64,000 nucleotides of DNA from a virus, in the IMG/VR virus record IMGVR_UViG_3300010361_000003, positions 5,470-69,469 of that record. The stretch is one strand, 5' to 3'. Shown one piece after another: positions 48,132 through 55,581 of this stretch. The notes below the pieces were generated by a model that was not told the origin of the DNA, made no database searches, and saw only the letters and a program-made list of their open reading frames with translations. Position 1 is the first letter of the stretch. Each line of letters opens with the position of its first letter. The position numbers were made by a program, and so were the translations under genes.

Positions 48132-49067
48132 GTGATGGCCGAGGACAATGTAATCCCGTTATGGGACGAAGATATTGTTGACACCCGGCGCAGAGCAAAA
48201 AAAGAGGCGCCGCCGGTTCCTCTCGAAGAGCGGTTGTTGGGGGCGATCGACCTCGCCGACATTGAGGACGAGCCCGATGACCCGATCGTCCGCAACCTGA
48301 TCTGTAAGCGCGGGGTGACGATCTTTGCCGGCGCGGCGGGCAACGGCAAGACCTACTGCTGTCAGATGCTCGCCGCAGCGTGCGCGACCGGCGGCGAGTG
48401 GTTTGGCGAGAAAGTCCGGCAATGCCGATCGCTGACGATCTTCTCCGAGGATTGGGCGACGATGCTCAAGCCGCGTCAGGAACGAATCTGCCGACATTAT
48501 GGCATCACCACCTTGGATCTCTCGGGTTGGGTGACCTACATGCCGGACGATGGCGGTGACTTTGAGATCTTTGCCTGTTTTCGCAAAGGGTCAAAGGGCA
48601 ACCCGCGCACCATGTGGGATCAGGTAATTGTCGAATGCAATGCGCGCTCGGCCTCGGGCGAACCGTTTGAGCTTCTGATCCTCGACAATTTTCAGACCTT
48701 GTTTACGGTTGACCCGAACAACGACATCGAGACCAAATCGGCGCTGCGGTTTATGAATGCCCAGGCGCGCATCCTTGATTGCGCGATCATCCTGATCATG
48801 AACCCGCCCAAGTATCCCTTGCGCGAGGGCATGGAAACCTATTACCGCGGCTCGGTTGAGATCCATAACACACCGCGCTATGCGCTCTCGCTCAACGCCG
48901 CACGTGAAGGCAAAAAGGCAATCAAAAATCGCTTTATTCTCAAGGTGGAGAAAAACAGCTATCTGCGCAACGATCACCGCTTCAAAGATCCCGGCATCGA
49001 GCTCGAATGGCGCGATGAGGTGCTGCAGCTACGCGCCGCGGAGATTGCCCGGTGGGCCGCAGAATGA
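48132..49067 (+). CDS. AAA_25/RepA-like ATPase (putative helicase)
   Basis: Walker A GAAGNGKT, SED, Walker B LLILD, RGS motif. Confidence 0.8.
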   Translation: MMAEDNVIPLWDEDIVDTRRRAKKEAPPVPLEERLLGAIDLADIEDEPDDPIVRNLICKRGVTIFAGAAGNGKTYCCQMLAAACATGGEWFGEKVRQCRSLTIFSEDWATMLKPRQERICRHYGITTLDLSGWVTYMPDDGGDFEIFACFRKGSKGNPRTMWDQVIVECNARSASGEPFELLILDNFQTLFTVDPNNDIETKSALRFMNAQARILDCAIILIMNPPKYPLREGMETYYRGSVEIHNTPRYALSLNAAREGKKAIKNRFILKVEKNSYLRNDHRFKDPGIELEWRDEVLQLRAAEIARWAAE

Positions 49068-49143
49068 CCTTGACAAACGAAAGGCCTCAGCGCTTGTCTG
49101 AGGCCTCCCGAGTGGGTTAGCAGCCCATTCGGACCAACTGCTG

Positions 49144-49470
49144 GTGTTCAGTTTGCCCGACACCCATTCAGATACTCAGCTAGAGCGGCCTCGTCAACAG
49201 GGGATCGTTGCACGTAATCTGCGGCGCATCGATAAGGGTGCATTGCGGGCGCTCGTCGATCTCGAAATCCTCGGTTGGCACATCGAGCTGAAAGACTGCC
49301 GTTGGTTTGCCAAAGATGATCGGGAATGGGTCGGTTTCCCGGTCCAGATCTACACGACCCCGAGCGGGCAAAAGAACTACAACGACATCATTAAATTCAC
49401 TGATCGCGACGCTGGCGACCGCTTTGCAAAGGCGGCACTGGCTGCGGTCCATCGCCTGAATGGTTCATAA
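49144..49470 (+). CDS. SpoVG-like putative nucleic-acid-binding protein
   Basis: G.LRA.VD, I...C......WV.FP, Y..II.F.D....F...AL.A. Confidence 0.5.
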   Translation: MFSLPDTHSDTQLERPRQQGIVARNLRRIDKGALRALVDLEILGWHIELKDCRWFAKDDREWVGFPVQIYTTPSGQKNYNDIIKFTDRDAGDRFAKAALAAVHRLNGS

Positions 49471-50551
49471 CCGTGAGGATGCCGGTGATGTGCCGCGCGT
49501 CGCTCGAACGGACAAACAAGAAACGACGCGCTCCCTCTACCCAAGTGACCAGCAGTCCTAGCTGAAAAGCCGGACCCGGTCGGGCACCGGGCGCACTGAG
49601 CAGTCACGTCGGCACGGATAACCGCGATTCTTAGGGACACGCGAAGCGCGCCCAGCGATTGCGGCTAAACGGCAAGGGAAGAAATACATCTTCGGCACTG
49701 TATTTCAGGCGGCGGGCGGGTTTAGAGCTGCGTCTGCAGCGATACGAGAGAGTGGTGGGGATATGTGTAAGGGGCGCGGCGATACGCGCCCCTCACCAAC
49801 CAACGAATCAATCTGCGATGATCTATCCCGGCGCGCATCACGCGCCGTGCCCCAGACCGCGCAGCTTCACCGACAGGGGCACTGACGGATCGGGCACTTC
49901 GAGCCACCGGCCCCTTTTAGATTGCATTCGACGGGGAGCACTGACGGGTGTAGGTGCTGAGTTAACTTAGGTAAGAGTCTGAATATGGCTGAGACTACTA
50001 CTTCAGAAAAACGTGCGCGCGAGGTTTCTCGGCGCGTTCTCGCGCGGGCTGGCGATGAGCCCGATCCCGCGATTTCACCGCAGCTGCATTTTCTCGATCT
50101 CTGAGAGAATTATTCCCCTGAGTGTTCACGGGACATTTCAGGAACGAGAATTTTTCACGCGTTTTTGACGAGAAAAGTGACAGTTTGCGGACCTTTTTGT
50201 GACTATGGTGGTTGTAGTGATGCCGGGTTCACGAATGAGAGGGAGAACCCGTGATGTCCATCGAACGGCAGCTTGATTTGCTGTTGCGCTCCAATCTGGT
50301 GATCATGCGCCACCTGGATGCGCTCACGCGCTCGGTTGACCTCGGAACGATGATCCGCGAGATCGAATTCTTACGCTGGGCTGATGCGCTCGCGGATTTG
50401 CGCCGCGCGACCGGCGGCAGCACGATCTCGGTGCAATTAGCCTCGGGGCTCACCCCGGCCTAGCCTCGGCGGCGCGGCTAGGGCGAGCCCGAAACCCGGG
50501 TCTCACCACCGGGTCTGCCGCGGCGAAACCCCAGGTGAGTAAGGAAGCCAA

Positions 50552-50833
50552 GTGATGAGGAAATCGATAAAAATCAGTGTTGGTGCCGCCGCGATCCTCG
50601 CGGCCGGAGGTGTGGGCATCCTGGTCGACAGCGGCTTTCGGGCCGCTCTTGACCAAGCGGTGAGCCGCGCCATTCAGGTGCGAGCGCTGCAGCAGCAAAC
50701 ACCGCCGCAAGACAAGCTCTATAACGCGCGCTTTGGCGGCGGTGGCGATATCCGCTATGGCGGCGGCGGTGACATGCGCTTTGGCGGTGGCGGTGACATG
50801 CGCTTTGGCGGCGGCGGTGACGTCAAGGAATAA
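50552..50833 (+). CDS. Gly-rich tandem-repeat peptide (candidate RiPP-like precursor)
   Basis: AAGGA RBS; hydrophobic N-terminus; C-terminal 4x R(F/Y)GGGGD(I/M/V). Confidence 0.65.
   Translation: MMRKSIKISVGAAAILAAGGVGILVDSGFRAALDQAVSRAIQVRALQQQTPPQDKLYNARFGGGGDIRYGGGGDMRFGGGGDMRFGGGGDVKE
50729..50824 (+). repeat. Four tandem 24-bp repeats encoding R(F/Y)GGGGDx
   Basis: CGCTTTGGCGGCGGTGGCGATATC / CGCTATGGCGGCGGCGGTGACATG / CGCTTTGGCGGTGGCGGTGACATG / CGCTTTGGCGGCGGCGGTGACGTC. Confidence 0.9.
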
Positions 50834-50855
50834 TAGCACCGTGGGAGGGGCCGCC

Positions 50856-51296
50856 TTGCGGCGGCCCGCTCTCTCTTGCCCAGCCGCACCTCCGCACTGG
50901 CCCGGCGTGGTGGTGTGGGGCATAGCCGCTGGCACACCCGAGCGCCCGCAGGTCATCCCGGTGCCACCCGAGCCGTTCACCACGGCGCACGCGCAAGCAG
51001 CACTGCCGGCGACACCCCGTGAGGTGTTCCGACTCGCTGCGCGGTGTGCGAAAGGATCATGTCCGCACTGGCGGCCCGAAGAGACCGGGGCCGAAGGTGA
51101 CGGCGCCTGCAGCTTGGTACAGCGGGTCATTGCTAAGCTTCCCAAAACCGCGCCGCAGAAATGCGGTATCCGCTCGGTCTGTCGCTGGTTCGCCCAGGAG
51201 GGGCTCGCCGCCTGCCGGATTTGCCCCGGCGTCGTCACCGATCTTGGCGAATTGCCGCAAGACCAGGCGAGTGAAGATCAAGTGAGGTTTTTCTGA
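50856..51296 (+). CDS. Cys-rich putative metalloprotein
   Basis: TTG start after GGAGGGG; eight Cys in SCPAA, C....C.HW, CSL, C.IR..CRWF.QEG..AC..CP. Confidence 0.65.
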   Translation: MRRPALSCPAAPPHWPGVVVWGIAAGTPERPQVIPVPPEPFTTAHAQAALPATPREVFRLAARCAKGSCPHWRPEETGAEGDGACSLVQRVIAKLPKTAPQKCGIRSVCRWFAQEGLAACRICPGVVTDLGELPQDQASEDQVRFF

Positions 51297-51297
51297 C

Positions 51298-51459
51298 ATG
51301 AACAAACAGAGCACAAGATTCGAGCGCAGCTGGCCCGAGATATTCGAGCCCCAGACTGAAGAAGAGATTGACCGCCTGCTGGCGGAATGGGCGGAGAAAA
51401 AACGTGAGCACTGGCGCGAGCAGTCAACACAAAATGCCGGACCGATCTCACACCCGTGA
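51298..51459 (+). CDS. Small acidic/helical hypothetical protein
   Basis: 53-aa ORF MNKQSTRFERSW... bridging the Cys-rich gene and the MFS gene. Confidence 0.35.
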   Translation: MNKQSTRFERSWPEIFEPQTEEEIDRLLAEWAEKKREHWREQSTQNAGPISHP

Positions 51460-52567
51460 TTACCGGCTACTGCTGGCGAGCGGTTTGGCTTGGGGTGCGA
51501 CCTCAAGCCAGGTGACGATCCTAGCGGCGGTCTTTAGGGCGCATCAGCTGCCACTGCCGCTGATCGGCTGGATCTTCACGGTGTACGCGATCGGCCTCGT
51601 CGGTGCCGCGGTGCTGAGCGGCCCGTTAATGGGCCGCTTTGGCGCCAAATCAACAATGCTCGTGGGCTTTGCAGTCTCAATTGGCAGCCTCTTGGCGATG
51701 CCGTTATCCGGCTTTGCCCCCGCACCGCTCTTGGTATTGAGCCTGAGCCGCGGTCTTGGCGGCGGGCTGATCAACCCGTCCGGGACATTGCTGGCGCAGG
51801 CGAGTGTGCTCGACAACGAGCGCGCCCACGCCATCGCGATGTATAGCCTGATGCTGCTGTTGCCGACCTTTGCCGGTCCGACCATCGGCATGTGGTCGCT
51901 GGGACATTATGGCGATGTCGGGTTTTTTGCTCTCGCCGCGGTTCCGGCGCTGCTGGCGATGCTTCTCAACCTCGCCCTGGCGCCGAGCTCGCGGGCGCCG
52001 GCCGAGGTCGCCGGCTATCTGGCGCTGTTGCGCGATCGCCGGATCTGGCTGCCGTGTCTGGCGATGATGATCAGCGGTGTCGGCTACGGCTTTGCCAGTG
52101 GCTTTGTGGTGCTGGTGGTCGGTCAAGTCGCCTGGTTCTGGATGCCGTTTGCGGTTGTGCTCTGCTTGATCCGCTGGCAAGGGTTGAAGCGCCTTGGGCA
52201 GTTGGCGCCGCAGCTGGTGATCATCAGCGGGCTGGTTGCCTACATCGCCGGATTTCTCGGGCTCTTGGGTGGGCTGGCTCTGGTGGCCGGCTTTGGTTTT
52301 GCTTATGGCTACGGGGTGGTCGGGCCAACCGCCAATGTGTGGGCCTCGGCACCTTATCCGCAGGCGGCCCGCGCCCGGCCGATCGCGCTGGTGGCGCTGA
52401 GCTACCAACTCGGCACGATGCTCACCGCCCAGCTGGTGGGTTTTGTGGTGCCGCTGGTCGGCTGGCCGGGTCTGCTGCTGACGCTCGCCGCTTTATCGCT
52501 GCCGCCTTTGCTGCTGTGCCTGCGGCGAATAGGGCCGGTAACTGAGACAAGATACCGGCCCCTTTGA
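51434..52567 (+). CDS. Major facilitator superfamily transporter
   Basis: About 12 hydrophobic segments; motif A G.LMGRFG.K, RGLG.G, ER..A.A, GP..G. Confidence 0.85.
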   Translation: MPDRSHTRDYRLLLASGLAWGATSSQVTILAAVFRAHQLPLPLIGWIFTVYAIGLVGAAVLSGPLMGRFGAKSTMLVGFAVSIGSLLAMPLSGFAPAPLLVLSLSRGLGGGLINPSGTLLAQASVLDNERAHAIAMYSLMLLLPTFAGPTIGMWSLGHYGDVGFFALAAVPALLAMLLNLALAPSSRAPAEVAGYLALLRDRRIWLPCLAMMISGVGYGFASGFVVLVVGQVAWFWMPFAVVLCLIRWQGLKRLGQLAPQLVIISGLVAYIAGFLGLLGGLALVAGFGFAYGYGVVGPTANVWASAPYPQAARARPIALVALSYQLGTMLTAQLVGFVVPLVGWPGLLLTLAALSLPPLLLCLRRIGPVTETRYRPL

Positions 52568-52569
52568 TT

Positions 52570-53118
52570 TCAGCGGAGCGGTCTGACCAGCCGCGACACC
52601 AGAGTGTGGTTGACCGCAATCGCGGGCATTATATTTTCAATTGATGATGTACCTGTATAGCAGTAGGGACCACCAAATTGATGGGAGAATTGCCATTGTG
52701 TTTGATAGTTCGAGGGATCGGCGATCCATAGGATTTTGTTCCAATCGCTCCACGCATGACTGAGGGGCAACGTTATATCGACGACGAGGTACGGCGTGCC
52801 GCTACAATTTGCCGTCAGATAGACAAATGTCGCCAAGGGGGGAATACCCAAGAATTTGTCGACATCGAGAATGACGGGCGTCGAACCCGTTGAACTCCAA
52901 GTCGTCACGCCGCCAACTTGTGCGGGCGAGCCGTTGATCGTGCGGAGCACCAAGGGCGGGCTGGCTTGAATAAGATCACCGACGCAAACCGGCGTCGGCT
53001 TTGAGGAATCAAAGATCGCGGTTTCGGGATTGCTACAATTCTGCGCCACTGCTGCCGCAGGCAGGGTCAGCGCTGCCGGCGCCAAGAGGCAACCGACTGC
53101 GGTGAGGACGTACTTCAT
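52570..53118 (-). CDS. Exported hypothetical protein
   Basis: MKYVLTAVGCLLAPAALTLPAAAVA|Q; Y...NCSG.PY motif. Confidence 0.55.
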   Translation of the reverse strand: MKYVLTAVGCLLAPAALTLPAAAVAQNCSNPETAIFDSSKPTPVCVGDLIQASPPLVLRTINGSPAQVGGVTTWSSTGSTPVILDVDKFLGIPPLATFVYLTANCSGTPYLVVDITLPLSHAWSDWNKILWIADPSNYQTQWQFSHQFGGPYCYTGTSSIENIMPAIAVNHTLVSRLVRPLR

Positions 53119-53292
53119 ACCAGGGCTCCCTTTAGGGCCAGACACCCGGCACGGTGCCAGCCCGCTCAGATCCCCCGATGTTCAAGATAGTATGAGTGGG
53201 TCGCCGAGAGTGTGACCCATCTCACAGGTCTGAGCAAAAACCCCTACGGAGCCCCAGGAGCGCGATCCTCGATCAGCCCTTCTCGGGTACCA

Positions 53293-53322
53293 AAGAAAGA
53301 GCCGCCCCAATCAGGCGGCTCT
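53293..53322 (-). terminator. Intrinsic terminator-like hairpin
   Basis: AGAGCCGCC...GGCGGCTCT stem with A-rich 5' flank, just downstream of minus-strand gene 53340..53729. Confidence 0.5.
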
Positions 53323-53339
53323 CTCTATTGGCGCCAGGG

Positions 53340-53729
53340 CTAGTCTCGGTCATAGCCGTGGGCGGCATCGAGCGGCCAACGCTCGGCGAGCCAAGCTCGC
53401 CCCTGCGGCAACGTCATGATTTGGGCGCAGTACCATTCACCGGCGCGGTGCTCGTCGCCATCCTTCATATGTGCGAAGGCAAGCACCTGATAGTGGACAT
53501 TCGCGCGCGTGTCGGGGCCGAGGAGTTCAAGGCTAACATAATGGTCGCGTTGGTAGCCATGCAGGGGCTGGAGCCCGCCATAGGTGACATCGGTGCGGCG
53601 ATGCGCCGGATGGCCATTGATGCAGCCAGGCAGGCTCGCGAGCACGCCCTCGCGCGGTACGGGCTTCTCCTCGTGGCACGCCGAAGTCGTCAGCAGCAGC
53701 GCGGCGGCAAAGGCCAAAAGGCGGATCAT
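53340..53729 (-). CDS. Lipoprotein with degenerate HNH-like motif
   Basis: Lipobox-like LLLTTSAC; DH.VSLEL.G....N...Q..KD..E. Confidence 0.5.
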   Translation of the reverse strand: MIRLLAFAAALLLTTSACHEEKPVPREGVLASLPGCINGHPAHRRTDVTYGGLQPLHGYQRDHYVSLELLGPDTRANVHYQVLAFAHMKDGDEHRAGEWYCAQIMTLPQGRAWLAERWPLDAAHGYDRD

Positions 53730-54151
53730 CGGTCGGCGAGCAATTTCTCGCTCTCATCAAGAGCGGTTCGCCAGACCTCCAACATATCGCGTATTATTTT
53801 GATGTCGTCCGGGTGGGACACATCCTTTAATTGCCGGGCCACGGATTGAACAAGGTCAACCGGTGTCAGGCGTATGTCTATCGGGAAACTGTTCGGCCAG
53901 AATTGGGCATCAAACTTTGGCCACCATTCTATATAGGTGCCCTCGAAGTCCCAGCGCCCCTCGCGCTTAAAGGCGGCAAAGGCTTCCTTGAGCAAATCGA
54001 TGACGGCCCCGCGCAGACCCATGATGGTTTTGAGTGATCGGTTGGCATCCTCAACCATGTCCTCAAGCTTGACGATCGGATCTTCAAGAGCCGACCCGAG
54101 CTCAAAATCGGCAAAATTATAGGTCAATTCAGGATGTTCGGATTGGCTCAT
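53726..54151 (-). CDS. Hypothetical protein
   Basis: Acidic ORF coupled to neighbours. Confidence 0.5.
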   Translation of the reverse strand: MSQSEHPELTYNFADFELGSALEDPIVKLEDMVEDANRSLKTIMGLRGAVIDLLKEAFAAFKREGRWDFEGTYIEWWPKFDAQFWPNSFPIDIRLTPVDLVQSVARQLKDVSHPDDIKIIRDMLEVWRTALDESEKLLADR

Positions 54152-54344
54152 CGGATCGCCTGCTGATAGGCCGCCCATGCCTCGGCGCGTTTGACTGCGC
54201 GGCGTGCGGCGGCGATGTTGCGGGATAGATGGAGGATGGCATGAAAATAGCCGATGCCATATCCGATCAGCGGCAGACCGGGAAAGATCACCGCCCATAG
54301 AGCCGGATTTTGCATAAACTCGGTTAGCATGTGATAATCCGCGC

Positions 54345-54821
54345 ATGACCCAGCAACGCCGACCGACCTACAGCAAACCTGAGAAGGATTTGCCCAAGCT
54401 GCCGCGCTTTGATGCCCGCTACAACCATCGGCGCGCGATGATCTTCTGTTACGAAATCGCGCAAAACAGCACGAGGGTGCAGGCGGCCGAGCGCGCCGGC
54501 ATAAACTCGGAAATGACAATTTATCAGTGGCTTAAAGATGAGCCCGATTTCCGCGAAGCTTACGAGCAGGCCAAAGAAATGCGGGCGCATAAGATCTTTG
54601 ACCATCTTCAAACGCTTTCGCGCACCGCCAACGCTGAGAACGCGGCTGCGGTCAAGCTGATGGTCAACACCGACCAGTGGATTCTCGGTCGGCTGCTGCC
54701 CAAGGTGTATGGCGACCGTATCGACGGCGATTTCAACGTCAACATGTCACTTGAGCGCCTGGTCCTCGACGCGATCGAGTTGCGCCAGAAAGAGCAAAAG
54801 CAAAAGCTCATTGACGAGTAA
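54345..54821 (+). CDS. terS: Terminase small subunit-like protein
   Basis: HTH (AAERAGI..TIYQWL), F.EAY..AKE, W...RL.PK.YGD as in Sf6/P22-type TerS. Confidence 0.7.
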   Translation: MTQQRRPTYSKPEKDLPKLPRFDARYNHRRAMIFCYEIAQNSTRVQAAERAGINSEMTIYQWLKDEPDFREAYEQAKEMRAHKIFDHLQTLSRTANAENAAAVKLMVNTDQWILGRLLPKVYGDRIDGDFNVNMSLERLVLDAIELRQKEQKQKLIDE

Positions 54822-55049
54822 ACCCCCGAAGGACTATGGATATCTTCTCAATCGTGATTCTCACGCTTGCCGCACCGGTGATTATCTATCTTGCTGGGGT
54901 GGCGCTGGGATTTTGGGCATAACCCCCGCCTAGGCTAGGATTTCCTCTTTAGGGTTCATGGGTGAAAGATCGACACCGGCCGCGGTCCCATCTCGGCCCA
55001 GTGTGGTTGCTCGAAATGGGTCAGCGGTGCGGGCCGATCCGAAAGAGGA

Positions 55050-55307
55050 TTAGTTTCTTCTCTCTTCCTCATCGCGCAGAGCGCGATCCTGCTGCCGCTG
55101 CCTTTCTAACATCATCATGTCATCGTCAAAGCTGTCGTCTCGCCCTGCCCGATAACCCTGGGCATAGGGGTTGGTGCCAAATTGTCGGTCAAACGGCACA
55201 TAGAGGTCGTTATAACCGGCATTGTATCCGCGGTCGTAGGCCGATTGCGCCTGCGCCGACAGCGCCGTACCCAGAACGAGCGCGACCGCCGCGCACAAGT
55301 GTTTCAT
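55050..55307 (-). CDS. Small exported protein
   Basis: Leader ending AQA|Q; Y..GY..G repeats. Confidence 0.5.
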   Translation of the reverse strand: MKHLCAAVALVLGTALSAQAQSAYDRGYNAGYNDLYVPFDRQFGTNPYAQGYRAGRDDSFDDDMMMLERQRQQDRALRDEEERRN

Positions 55308-55549
55308 CGTGATTTCTCCTGCATCTGCGCGATCTCAGCGCGCATATCCAAATAAGGCTGCGCCATTTCCGCCAGCAAGGAATCTAGATCGCTCCACACT
55401 CCCGCTGGCGGAAACATCGCACCCGAGTACCATCGTTCGACCGTGCGCTGATCGACATCAAGCGCCGAGGCCAGACTTACTACCCGATTTGATACCCAGA
55501 GATCGGGATAGAGGGCCGCAGCGACGCGGGCGAACAGCGGTTCGGGCAT
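55304..55549 (-). CDS. HTH DNA-binding protein
   Basis: LA.ALDV..RTV.RW.SG. Confidence 0.65.
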   Translation of the reverse strand: MPEPLFARVAAALYPDLWVSNRVVSLASALDVDQRTVERWYSGAMFPPAGVWSDLDSLLAEMAQPYLDMRAEIAQMQEKSR

Positions 55550-55581
55550 GGCTAGGTCTCCAGCTGCTGCGCCATCTTGGT

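Noticed and set aside
50729-50824. CRISPR or non-coding VNTR
   Set aside because: No spacers; variation is mostly synonymous in the coding frame.
54940-55050. Possible tRNA or structured RNA after terS
   Set aside because: No cloverleaf or T-loop consensus could be built.
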